Positions 13,282 through 26,793 are shown, counted from the first letter of the stretch. The stretch: 64,000 nucleotides of DNA from Octopus sinensis (GCF_006345805.1 NW_021829853.1:1-64000); one strand, 5' to 3'. The notes: generated by a model from the sequence alone, not told the origin. Translations and numbers: made by a program.

Positions 13282-13732
13282 TAGTATCCGTATCTTCGGG
13301 GAGGCGGATCTCCCTTTGCTGGCTGGCAAGGACACCGAGATGGTGTCAGCTCTTCTGGTGACGTCGATGTTCGCCTGGGGCTAAATGCATCAGTAACACC
13401 CCCACCACCCTGCCCTGACCCTAGCCACATTCAGATGGCTGACCCCTCTTATGAAATTAGAAAGTCTTTATCCTTTAATTGCATAGAGAATTTCAATTAA
13501 TCGGATTTTTAGGCCACGATTAATGTAACACTATACGAGGCCTTACTGACTGTGTATTTTGTGTGCAGAAGGCTGCCTTGGGGAAATTTTACATATTCAT
13601 GGTTTTGATGTGCAAAATTCTTAGGCAATTTTTCTGTTAGAAAATTACTATTTTTAAATCTCACAACGAGAAAAATAGTTATTTCTGATTTATAGATCAG
13701 TGACTAGTTGTCACTTTGAAAACTATATATTG

Positions 13733-14291
13733 CGAACGGGAATTTGGCAGCGCCACCTCTAGCCGAACAATTATTCTATGCTGATGAAGGGAAATAACCT
13801 GGAAATCGCGATACACAGAAATTGTTTGGGGTTGCTAAATTCCCTTGTTCAAAAATATAAAGCCACAGATCGTGTCGTATAGCCAGTTGGAGATGATGAC
13901 TCCTGGGGCTAAATTACAGCAACATTTGTCCTAAACCAGGACTTTATTTCCTCTGTTGTTGTACTCGAAATACAGATACGTAACAGAGCAATATAATACA
14001 ACCATTTTTTCCTTAATCTCTGGAACACATAAGGCCGGCTACACGGTTTGCATGATGTATAAGTGACCATGATTACAACAATTGGCCTCGACGGGACACC
14101 GATCCGTTGTGGGGTTGAAGGTCAGCAGTTTTGAAGGAGTCGATTACGACACAATCTGTGTCCTTATATTTTTGAACAAGGGAATCTAGCACCCCCAAAC
14201 AATATCGGTGTATTGCGATTTCCGGGTTATTTCCTTTCATCAGCACAGAGTAATAGTTCGGCTTGAGGTGGCGCTGCCAAATTCCTGTTCG
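13733..14291. mobile_element. Foldback/MITE-like element with ~147-bp imperfect inverted arms
   Basis: 13733-13879 is the reverse complement of 14145-14291 with scattered mismatches; ~265-bp unique spacer. Confidence 0.75.
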
Positions 14292-15114
14292 AAGGTTTAA
14301 TAATACAGCATTTGACTGGCTCCCAATATTTTATCAACCCTGAAAGGATAAAAGGCAATATCGACTTTGGCGGGATTTGAACCTGGAATGAAAAGATTGG
14401 GAAGAAAAGCTGCCAAGCATTTTGTTCGATGTACTAAAGGTTCTACCAGCTCATCGTATTTATAAAAGCAAAGGTAACTTTTTGGACAAGGGATTTCCAT
14501 TTGCCTCTATCATGGAGTGTAGGCCCTGCTTTCTTTTAAAATGATTGGTTCATACGAACCGGTCCGTCCGTAGCCACCTCTCCGTTCTGTTTTGTTATGT
14601 AACTCTTCACTGTAGCTCAGATATTGACCAACTCAGCCAACGATGTCAGCTTAGAATGTGTGCTGAAGCGACATCACTTACTTCATTCATATATAAAAAT
14701 TATCAATTCTTTTTTGTATATTCATTTTTATTTTCATTTTTTAGCAATTTTTTTCTAGAACAGTGATCGGCATAATCGATAGAACATCGAACAAAATGGC
14801 CTGAGATTAAAAACCTGTTATGATCAATCGAATCTGCCCGTCATTACTCACTCTTCTTCGTCACTAGTTGATAACCCGTCAACTTGGTGATAGTAATTAT
14901 CTCCATTCTCAAACGAATATGACTTAATGTTTACAGTGAATATAATTATACATATCCATACATTAGTGCGTGCGCGTTGCGTATGCGTGTACACGCGCGC
15001 GCGCGAGCGTGTGTGTGTATGTGTGTGTGTGTGTGTGCGTCCGGGTGGGGTGCGTGTGTGCTCGCGCACGTGCTCCATTTCACCTCGATTTATTTTAGCA
15101 CTACAACCACTTTT

Positions 15115-15514
15115 CTGAGAGAGAGTAATGGAAAACGAGCATTACAAAACACTCTGGGATTTTAACATGCATCGCGACCAAGTCATAGAGGCGAGACGCT
15201 CAGATATCGTTCTCATCCATAAAGATGAAAAAGAAGTAAAGATAATAGATATTGCAATACCAAGCGATTCGAGGGTGAAATGTGAGGAAACAGAAAAGAT
15301 TGAGAAATACCAGCAACTGCGGGACGAGATTGGAAAATTATGGGGCATGAGGAAAGTAATGGTGACACCGGTGGTAACTGGATGATTAGGAACAGTTCCC
15401 AAGAGCTTTGAAAAATATATTAAGAATATTGGAGCTGCTGTCAGGCTCGAAGTGATCCAGAAGACAGCATTGTTGGGTACAGTTCTCATTCTAAGGAGAG
15501 TAGTGTCTCTTTGA
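15115..15514 (+). mobile_element. R4/NeSL-like LINE endonuclease fragment (second subfamily)
   Basis: LWDFNMHRDQVIEARRSDIVLI...IIDIAIPSD...KIEKYQQL: PD..D-type endonuclease region; internal stop. Confidence 0.75.
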
Positions 15515-15653
15515 GTCACAGGAGAAGGCACTATTTGAAACCTTTGGTGATTTGTTTTTGCCTGCTTTCAAGTAAAGAACAACTGGTAATTAAGAGCTAT
15601 CCAAGTCTTTCAGAATAATAATAGTAATAATAATGATGATGATGATGATTACT

Positions 15654-16600
15654 GATCAATGGCAATAAAAACCTCTCACTGGCAAATATCCAAAGAGAGC
15701 TAATAATGCCGATGTTGACAAAGCCCTAACCCATCAATGGCTAATGGCCTCTGGCTTAAAATCTGAAACAGAATGGTTTATCATAGCAGCCCAAGATCAA
15801 TGCCTACCAACAAGAAACCACTACGCCAACATATTAAAGAACAGCAGCTCCCCAATATGTCGTGTATGTCAACAACAAAATGAAACCATTGATCATGTTG
15901 TCTCCAAGTGCAGTCTTCTTGCGCCTATGGAGTATCTCAACAGGCATGATAGAGCTGCACAATATATTCACTGGGTAATTTGCAAAAACTTGGATTTGCC
16001 CCATGATAAAAACTGGTGGGAACACGAACCACCTCCAGTGCGTGAAAATGACCACATCTCACTCCTCTGGAACTTCACCATTCAAACTGACTGAAAGATA
16101 GATACGAATAGGCCAGACATTATATTGAAAGGCTACAGACAAAAATCATGCCTCCTCATTGATATGACTGTCTCAATCGACATAAATGTATCTGTCAAGA
16201 CCTACCAAAAATTGAGCAAGTATAAAGATCTTGAAATAGAAATTGGCAAAATGAGGAACCTGAAGACTAAAACAATACCTGTTGCCATAGGTGTCCTATG
16301 AATGATAGCAAAAGGGGCTGATTCCTACCTAGCTCAGATACCAGAAAACCCCAAAATGGTCGAAATTCAAAAGATAGCGCTCATGGGAACTGTCCATATC
16401 CAACGTAAAACACTGCCTATGTAATCTCAGGGTTTAAAACTAACTTATAATTTTCTTATGTTTTCTTAAACATTCTCTAGAACAATACTTTGTGCATAAC
16501 CAATATATGGCACCAATATGAACTTCTAACTTGTCTCTTGAGGTCTCTGGGTGAGACTTGGAGTCAGCATGTACAAATACAAAGCAAAAGTCAACCATAT
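15654..16600 (+). mobile_element. R4/Dong-like LINE 3' fragment (CCHC + endonuclease + 3' UTR), degenerate
   Basis: IIAAQDQCL...CRVCQQQNETIDHVVSKC...RHD...LLWNFTIQTD; stops; starts after (AAT)(GAT)n, ends in (AAT)n. Confidence 0.85.
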
Positions 16601-16601
16601 C

Positions 16602-16634
<33 letters not shown>

Positions 16635-16704
16635 TCTTGCTCATCCTCTGTTTTGTGCCGCATTATGACGGTGTATTTCGTCGTCTATGTGGTACCCTGG
16701 CCTA

Positions 16705-18835
16705 AACAGCGTACCTCGCTGACTGCTTTTTTTCCTTGACCACACAGGGTTGAACACAGAGGGGACAGCACAACGAAAGACAAAACACAAAAGTTGTGGG
16801 GAGGGGAATATAAAATCGAATGAAAAGAATAGTAATCATAATTGAAAAGGTGGAACGACGTCAACTGGAACCCCACACTCCAGATAACGTCATTGAACAT
16901 TTAAAAAAAACTTTTTACACAGTTATACTATTTTTGTCTCTTTGTCTTTGCTGTGTGTTGCTTCTGTTGTGTATTCAGTGTTCTTTTTTTGGGGGGGGAT
17001 ATATATTTCCTTTTTACTGTCTGCATTCGGATCCGTTCTTGTACATTCGTTTCTAAGCTTTTTGTGTTTATTGGAGGTAGAAAACGAGAACTTGTTTTTT
17101 TCTTCTTCCTCCTGGCAACTGACCATTCCTCCTCACTTATCCCGGTAGATGTGGAGGTCCAGCTTCCTCCGGCGCGCAATTCTCCTTCTCCACTGTCTTC
17201 TCCGCCATTTGCTGCTTCTCTTCCTCCTCACCTGGAGCGTCCTCGTTCGGCTTCTCTTGCTCTTCCCTTGGTTCATCCTGTATTTTCCCTTGTGCTTCAC
17301 ACTGAAGGGCCTGGGAGCACGTTTTCCTTATGAGCCACTTCACTCCGCACTCGAAACATATTATGATTTTGCCCTAGACCGAGAATCTCAACATTTGTCT
17401 CACCCAGCAGAATTATAAATTCTGGAATTTTCTCCAGTTCTGCTGGTGTGGCTTGGATTGTCACCCGAAGATTCCTTCCACACCAGCTCTGCATTTTTTC
17501 TCCTCAACTCCAGCAGTGTCACCTCCTCCTTCATACTGGAGCAAGCGGCTTCCACAAGCCACACTGAGCTAATTCCAAGTGGATAACCTTCTACTGCGAT
17601 ATCTGTGGTTCTTTTGCCAAGGTAAGACGGCAAAAGAGCCAGCTCCTTTCTCTGCAGGGTGATCGCGGAATCATCCGTTGCGTAGTATTCTGACATGAAT
17701 TGTGCCTCCACAGTACCGAACTTCTTCCCTCATTTCATATATGCCACCCTGAATAAAATAAGCTTTAGACCTTTTCAATTCGTTCGGTAGACACTATCTC
17801 TTTTTTTTGGGGGGGGGGGATATAGTTCTATAAATTATCGTTCTTTTTTTGTTTCATCAGTGGCTCCCTTGGGGGGAGTTAAACTCACGTTAATCCCTGT
17901 CTCGCAGAATTGGTTGAAATTTTTCCACGGCCTCTGGCCTGATGTATCTTCTTTGCTTTTTACCGACCGCTGCCGCATAATCTTCCACACTTTCTTCCGA
18001 GTCGCTTTCGTACTCCCAGTCGACGCTCTCCAAGAGCTCCAACGTGTCATACAAATCATTAGTCATTTTGCGCGGGCACAATTCCCACACAAAATGCAAT
18101 CAATTCGGGCCTAACTGGGAACAAGAGGAAAACCAAGCCTGTTCAGGCAAACAATGTGTCAAAAGACACAACCAGTTTTTTAAATACGAGTTAGTCCCAA
18201 GGGAAACAACTGCAACAAAATGAGGTCGAACAATAAATAACCAACCGCAATTCAGAGGCGTACCTAGCTGTCTGTTAGTTTTAATTGACCACACATCGTC
18301 GAACACAGAGGGAACAGAGCGAGGACAGACAAAACACAAAATTAGGGGAAAATAAAATCGAATGAAACGAATGGGAATCATAAATGAAAAAGATGGAAAC
18401 CGACGTCAACTCGAACCCCACACTCCATATTACGTCATTGAACATTTTTACAAAAGGTTTTTAAAACAGTTATTTTATTATTGTCTCTTTGTCCTTGCTG
18501 TGCGTTGCTTGTGTTGTATAATTAGTGTTCTTTTTGGGGGTATCTTTTCTTTTTTTTTTTTTGTTAGCGTTTGCAGCGTCTTTTGGCTGCGTTCGAATCT
18601 GTTGGAGAGAACGAGATCTTTTTTGCCTCTTCCTCTCTGCAACTAACCATTCTTTCTCACTAACCTCGGTAGATGTGGGCGCTCCAGCTTCCTCTGGCGC
18701 GCAATTCTCCTTCTCCGCTGTCTCCTCCACCTCTTTCTGCTACTCTTCCTATTCACCTGGAGCGTTCTCGTTCGGCTTCTCTTGCTCTTCCCTTGGTTCA
18801 TCCTGTATTTTGCTTGTGTTCAGAATCACTAAGGA
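16705..18835 (-). mobile_element. Tandem copies of a ~1.55-kb element with a decayed Gag/ORF1-like frame and no RT
   Basis: 16705-17290 repeated at 18256-18835; zinc-knuckle relic CFECGVKWLIRKTC at 17317-17358. Confidence 0.6.
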
Positions 18836-19144
18836 CAATATATGTATCAGAACCTTACAGTAGTCTGGAACAACTGAATCTTAGTCAGTCAGTTGATGAG
18901 CTCCACTACCTCAAATGTTCTTAAAATTTAAATCCACATCTTTGTCTATGTATCTACCTTCTCTATAATGCTGCCACTTGATATGAATATTTTTGCATTA
19001 ATGAAAAAAAAACCTATAAATGGCTAATGAGTGCTCAGCATTTTAAAACTGTTGTAATACTTACAACATTTGATAAAATGATGTAGTACGAAACGATCGT
19101 ACCAAATTACCGGAGTCATTCTTGTTGCTTATTTTGATTATACA

Positions 19145-19180
<36 letters not shown>

Positions 19181-19364
19181 GTAGACATTCCAGACTCTGA
19201 CTGAAGAAGTAATTGGCAACGAATGATCCGTGTATCATGTTTTGTCCTGTTTGCCGTTGTTGTGTGCTATCGTCCTCTTCCTGCTTGTTATCTCTTGACG
19301 ATTTCCGTTTGTTGTGTTTTTTACCTCTGATTTATCCGTGCAGCGCTACGTACAATTTGTTCTT

Positions 19365-19449
<85 letters not shown>

Positions 19450-19607
19450 ATATTATAAAATAAAGAACAAATTGTACGTAGCGCTGAAAATAGAGGCGAG
19501 AGAGAGAGAGAGAGGGGGAACGAGAGAGTGGTGCAAATGAAAAAGGAGACTTTCGCCTGCAACGAATTAATATTGTTTTAGTAAATCTACTTCACAGTGA
19601 ATGCAAC

Positions 19608-20012
19608 AAGAGACACTATCTCCTCGACTACGGGTGTCTCAGACTCAAACCCCTCGAAGTTTCTTTCGGATTCGCAGTCAGGTTAGAGTTTCCTCCATGC
19701 AGAATTCAGCGTTCTCCTCGTTTACACCCTGCATATCGATGATTTTTCAGGCAGTTAACAATGTTGCAGTGTTCCTTCCCAAAACTCACGGAAGGCTTGA
19801 TTAAATGCGTCTGCTGATATCTCCTCTGTCGATGTTCCAGGGGTCTGTTTCTGGAGGTCCTCCTACAGCACCCATGCTTTCTCGCAGATGATGATCTCCG
19901 TAAACATGTCCCCCGCGAGTTGCTTCGCGTTGATCCACAGAAGCAATTTTTCCATATCTTCGTGGACAGGATGTGCGCTGCTTGGAGAGCCTGGAGACAC
20001 TCTTTGCTGTTG
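19608..20012 (-). mobile_element. Internally deleted Tigger/pogo transposase relic
   Basis: HEDMEKLLLWINAKQLAGD...IICEKA (CENP-B-type HTH) fused to NSAWRKL*PDCESERNFEGFE...PVVEEIVSL (Tigger C-terminal motif). Confidence 0.75.
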
Positions 20013-20686
20013 TAACATGTATATATATTATAATGGAGAAAGCCGTTTATTAATTAGATATGTAACAGTTACTAAAAGAAGGCAATTATTAAATACTTGA
20101 CCGTCTGGAATTTTTTTATAAATTCATGTTCTAATTTCGATTTCTAAAGGTTATTGAATATTTGAACGACAAGTTTTTCACAAATTTAAATATTTGTTGC
20201 ATTCACTGGGAAGTAGATTTAATAAAACAATATTGATTCGTTGCAGGCAAAATTTTCCGTTTTCATTTGCACCACTCTTTCGCTCTCTCTCGCCTCTATT
20301 TTCATTAATTTAATATATATTCATTTCAATGTTTTCATTTCAAGTTCTAATCCGCCATTTACAAAACCCACAGTTTATTCTATATACGTAATGTAAAACC
20401 ATAATGTATTGAACAAATGAAGGCTATTAGACAATAGCTTATTTTTGGCATCTCTTGAAAAAACATTTAATTTAGGTAGAAAATATAGACATACAATGTC
20501 TCTTACAGCTGTTTCTAGGACAGCCAAACATGTGGATTTTCATACTGAAATTCTTTTAATATATTGGTATATCCATAATTTTATTCAACAGTTATTTACA
20601 GTTATTTGCAGCATACAGATGTTAAATAAAATTATGGATGTGAAAAATTTCCGTTCTCCCTAACATAATTAATACTACACACACAC

Positions 20687-20719
<33 letters not shown>

Positions 20720-20748
20720 CACACACACACACAGATAGATAGACATAC

Positions 20749-20898
<150 letters not shown>

Positions 20899-21309
20899 AA
20901 TGAAATGACAACAAATTATAATGAAGGCGGAAACATTGTTAAAGAAAACCATATTGTTTAATTAAGAATCGCGATATAAAAGAGAAAATACTATAAATTA
21001 ATGAGTCTACGTTGGACACTAGAAACCATCAATTCTAAATCTATTATGTTTAACTATCTTGTATAAGACAGGAAGGTAATTATCAGTTTGTAGTATCTCG
21101 AGGTGGAATTCACAACAAATTATATTGCTATAAAATATGATTCAGCCACAAGATTTCGTTGAGAGTTGCTGTAACAATATAAGATCAACATCAGGAACAT
21201 TTTAATTCATAATTGATGCGACAAAACTGATTTCAGATTTGGATTTCTTCATTCTGTTTGATTAGCAATATATATTTAATTAAAAATGTCACGCACACAC
21301 ACACACACA

Positions 21310-21362
<53 letters not shown>

Positions 21363-21595
21363 CTCACTCACTCTAAATATGCGTGCGTCACCGTATGTTT
21401 GCATTTAGGTACGTACGTACATACATACACATTTTTGTGCTCGTGGCTATGTGGTAAGAAGCTTGATTCTCAATCACATAGGTCCAGGCTCAGTCCTAGA
21501 TAAACCCTAGGGTCGATTTCTTCGATTAAAACCCTTCAAGGCGGTGACCAAGCATGGCCGCAGTCAAATTACTGAAACAAGTAAAAGACAAAAGG

Positions 21596-21635
<40 letters not shown>

Positions 21636-21899
21636 GTGTGTGTGTGGTGTGTGTGTGTGTGTGTGTAAGTTGAAAATGCACTGGGAATAGTTAAAATATT
21701 TTTATTGATATATTTAAAGCTTTAACCGGTTTCACAGTTTACAATGATTTTCAACAAATTCAAATGGAAAGACGTGGCTTATGTCGCAGCTGTCTTGCTT
21801 GAAGCTTGTCTTATTTTTATGGTGTACTATAGTTTTGAGTTTAGCATCCCAATTAAATAAATTAATTTTCAAAAATTAATTTAATTTAAATTGGGCACG

Positions 21900-21973
<74 letters not shown>

Positions 21974-23116
21974 GAGAGACAGAGAGAGACAGAGAGAGAC
22001 AGAGAGAGACAGACAGACAAACAGAGATTAAAGTAACAATAAGAAAGTAAAACGTTTGGCATCACTTAAACATTTAATTTAGATAGAAAATATAAACATA
22101 CAAAGTCTCTTACAGCTGTTTCTAAGACAGCTAAACATGTGGATCTTCATACTGAGAAAGGATTCCATAAGCTGAGTACTTCTTCATTGAAGAAGGAAAA
22201 GTCAGAGAGATTTTTAAATCAGGGAATATCTCCAGTCGAGGATATTAGTATATTCAAGTTTGTCAAAAATAGAGGAAGGATCATAGTAAAATAGGTTGGT
22301 GTTTAGTAGTTCCATGATCAAATAAATAATACAGTTATAAGTAAGGCCCCTTAGAAGTTTGAAATGAGAACATTCGGTGATAATGCAGGACAACGGAGTT
22401 ACCTGTTGCAATAGAGAATAGAGAAGGAATGGGGGTTGAATAGGAGTATTGTACTACAGCTCGCAACCTTTGGGTGGTTGAACTATTTCCGGCCTATGTG
22501 ACCAGTCACAGAATATGTTGACTGTGTCCATTCAACAATAGTTGCGCGATTGTTGACTATGCATTTACATCAGAGTCATTGCAATTCCTTATATTGCGAT
22601 ACAGAAAACGAAAGTAAATCAACAAACACTAATCGACAACGATACAACTTTATGCAGAATTCCACAAAAATGCGAAGAATAACTGTGGAACCTTTTTTCC
22701 AAAAACACAATACCCTACAAATCTCAATTAAACAAGCAGGTACGTAACGGGCAAGGAAATATTTCATTTTATGAAATCCACCCGGATTTACTGTTGTATA
22801 GTTTTAAATCGGCATTGATGATTTTAGCAGTTATAGAATTATTCTTTTGCATCATAGTACAGAACGTGCAGACAAGATGCCATTACGACGGTTTATTGCA
22901 TAAATGTAGCTGTGAAAGTTTCGAAACGTCGGATTAATGAATTTTGGAATGTTTGTATTCCGAAGCACGCATAAAGGAATGCTGAAAAGTCCTTAATAAA
23001 AAAATATATATCAAACATGAACATAGTTGTGTTATGTGTGTGCATGTGTATATACGTCTACATATATATATATATATGTATGTATGTATGTATTTGTATG
23101 TATGTATGTATTATAC

Positions 23117-23147
<31 letters not shown>

Positions 23148-23184
23148 CACGTATATACACACGCACACATATATACATACATAC

Positions 23185-23215
<31 letters not shown>

Positions 23216-23471
23216 CATACATACATACACGCAGGCACACGCAACCCCGACCAAGCACCCCATCCCTACCTCATGCACACGCACGCACACATACATATCA
23301 AAATACACCAGGAACTTTATCTTTAAATAGAGTCTGCCAAACAGCTCCATAAAGAAAAGTTTAAATGAGTATAAATCAATATATTGCTATGTAGACCGAA
23401 TTAAAATCATTTCAAGAAATATACACTAAAATATACATAATATAATCATGTATGCATAGATAGATAGGTAA

Positions 23472-23570
<99 letters not shown>

Positions 23571-23595
23571 TAAACAGACAGATGTGCATACCTAT

Positions 23596-23672
<77 letters not shown>

Positions 23673-23975
23673 TATATATATACAAAATGGGACAAGAACG
23701 CAAAACATCCAGGCAGCTAGGTGATACAAGAAAGAGACAACAAAACATCCAGGTAAACGATACAAAGAAAACAAGGACGGGTCATTCGGTGTTTTCTTTC
23801 CTCACTCGAGTTCCAGATTATCTTTGCAATTCTGGCTGGTTATACTCGAGATTGCTCCAATCTGGCCAGCCCCAAGGAAAAACGAAGCTATGAGCATTAC
23901 ATACATAAATACGTATGTAAAGGTAATATCTATCCTCATTATTGATTATACATACATATGCATACAGACGGGCAA

Positions 23976-24029
<54 letters not shown>

Positions 24030-25750
24030 TAGCTATGCGCACGCATGTTTTTACATCTTGCTCGTAAATATACTCTAACCAATTTAGACACCAATTTTAC
24101 CCAGGGGCAGTAATCTAATAGGTTTCCCTTGTTCAACAATCTGAAATATAATTTCATATGCGATATATCACATCGAAAAATAAAAGAGGAAAATAGACAT
24201 TTCTTTCTAGTTATTTATTCATAGTTTTCTTTTGGTAAGTGTGGTTGAGGAAAAGTTAACAAATTGCGCTTTTTGAAGTTGAGAAACAATTACCAATGTG
24301 CTGCATTATTAACTAAAACCTAGCCCCGGGGAGCCGTTATTTATAATTTATAGTCCATACTGCAGAACGCGTTCCACTAATAAACAAGTATAATAATTGT
24401 TGTTATCGTTTAGAACAATAAGAAATGGAATGATTTCAGATATTACAAATTCTGACAGCAATAAAAATACGAAGATACTTTCCTTGTTGAAATGGAATTT
24501 AAATTTATCGGTGTTGGGTTTGTTTTCTACGAAATGAAATTAAGAGATTTGTAAAAAGAAAATATAAACGAAATAAATGCAACATTTAAAAACTAGAATT
24601 TTAAATTTAGTTATTAACTTGGGCATATTTCAGTTATCAATCTCTCTAAAGCTGAAATGCGAAAAAGTTGTTTGATTTCTTGGTTATTTTTCTCATTTTG
24701 GGATGGGGTCGGATTGGCACCAAAATTTACACTGGGGGGTAAAATGGGGTGGGAAATGGTGTAAGGAGGGCTGCAAGTCGCTCGGGGCTACCGTTTGGTT
24801 GCCATGGTGAGGAATATGGGAAAAACTGAGTTTTATGGGATAGACAGGTTGCATTGTTTGAATAATGGTGGCTTTTCGTGTTGCTGCAGCGGTAATGTTT
24901 AATTGTGGGTGGAAAAATTTGGGGTATTTTGGAAAGGGGGATAAAGAAGAGGGCAATAAAAAGAACCAGGCAAAGAAGACGAACAAAAGAAGAAAGGGAA
25001 AAGGAGACAACACGCACAAAACAACACCACCACCAAAACCCGAGCGAAGTACGAGTCAAAATAGCTAGTGTATTTTATTAATTTTAAATTTCTGTCTCAA
25101 ATTTGGTCTTAGTTAGTTATGCTTATGGGTCCAGCCGGAAAGTATAATGACAGTTGCTTCTGAGGACTCTATCCTCACGACACTTGCGGGAATTGCTGTT
25201 TAGAGGTAAACGTTCGTATACTTTGGGACAACTGAATGGTAAACATATAACAGAAGTTATATTTTGTTCCCAATTATGGCATTTACTTCAATATGTCGAT
25301 ATTTAGAGATCAGGCCGCTAGGCACGGATATAACGAGAATAAAAACGAAAGGAACAAAATGAAGTTTAGACCGATGGTGTCCAAATCGACCGCGTAGAGT
25401 TAGCAGTTGGACAAATATGAATCCATCGGTTTACAGATATGATGATCGGCAGATGTATTTGAACTGCTGTCGACTTCGAAATTGAGCTTTATAAAAAATA
25501 TAGAGAATGTGTATATAATGTACAGAGAATATAAACGAAGATGAGATAAACGAAATGAACGAGAGAGAAAATCTAAAGAATATATGGAAAAGAAGAGAAG
25601 CGGAAGAAGACAAGACACTTGAAAGTGACACTAGCTTCGATCTCTCTAAATCGTTTTAATGTCCTTTCATTAATTCGAATGAGACGCTGAAGTAAATATA
25701 CTGTAATTTAAACCAACCTTGGAGCATTTTAATCAACCTTGTAAAAATGT

Positions 25751-26215
25751 CACAGAATATCCAGTTTATCCATTAATGAAACCATTTTCTATTTTATGTT
25801 GAGTCCTTAAAATATAAATGCTTCAAAGAAAACAAATTAATATCGAATCCTTTGAGATTAGTTAATCCGCTGGTTTAATCCGCCCCAAAACCTGAGAGTA
25901 GCTTTACCCAAGGCTAACATCTTTTCTCCTAACTTAAAAATGATAAATATTCAATAAGAATGCTATAAAAACATCATAAGCCCACCCCATTTTCATATAC
26001 TCTGGTTAAACTGAAAACTGACCTGATATCCGTCATCTTAACAATTGCCGTTGTATCAAATTTTGCTTGCACACTTTAAATTCAAGCAGTATGACTATGG
26101 ATATAATATATCAATATAAAATGAACGCTGCCAACTCCATTAACTCGTACATCAGCCTCATCGCCAATCCTTTTAAAATCTGGTTCAATCAACATACCTT
26201 TTCTTTAAGACATAA
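25751..26215 (+). mobile_element. Penelope-like element ORF relic (RT thumb/linker + GIY-YIG endonuclease)
   Basis: RISSLSINETIF, WFNPP, NCR..KFC, DIIYQYK...SYISLIANPFKIWFNQH resemble the PLE linker and GIY..YIG..R..H motifs; frameshifted. Confidence 0.7.
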
Positions 26216-26574
26216 TCCTTTAACATATATTTCGGAGCCGATAAATAGAAACCTAACTTACAAGTCGAACCGGGATGTTTTCACCAAGGATAAATCCTAC
26301 AGTGAGAAAAAAAATGGTGTGCGAGTTCTGTTCGGCCGATGTTTTATTTCGGTCAAGAACATTTTACTAATCATTCTAAAAGTTGTTTTCTTGCACCCAT
26401 AAAATCTTTAAAGCAAAGTATTTCAACCCTATATCATACTCTTAATATGAAAGCAGCTCTTTTGTATTTGGCTATCTATCAGTCTATCTATTAGTGTATC
26501 TGTCTGTGTTTCTATCTTTCAAACTATCTCTTTCTCTCTCTCTCTCTTTCTCCATATATCTTTATCTATGAACT

Positions 26575-26623
<49 letters not shown>

Positions 26624-26632
26624 CTCTCTCTA

Positions 26633-26677
<45 letters not shown>

Positions 26678-26793
26678 CGGAGATGTACTTGCATAGCAAG
26701 TGATTTGATCTGAGATCGTGTGCTGAAACGAAAACTATTGCAGCGTGGAAGGTGTTTGTAAACCATTTCAGAAACACCTTCCACGCTGCAATT

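Larger units (their letters stand above)
12608..13454. mobile_element. Retrozyme/PLE-like element: 360-bp HHR-bearing monomer as two divergent, circularly permuted arms, 12-bp TSD
   Basis: 360-bp period in both arms (12607/12967; 13001/13361); inversion junction at ~13002; TSD AATTAGAAAGTC at 12596-12607 and 13455-13466. Confidence 0.8.

Noticed and set aside
12676-13430. Paired near-identical ORFs on opposite strands
   Set aside because: By-product of the inverted 360-bp monomer; short, no domain.
17851-17860. CTGATGAAAC on the minus strand
   Set aside because: Core halves overlap with no stem II; lies within the ORF1-like frame.
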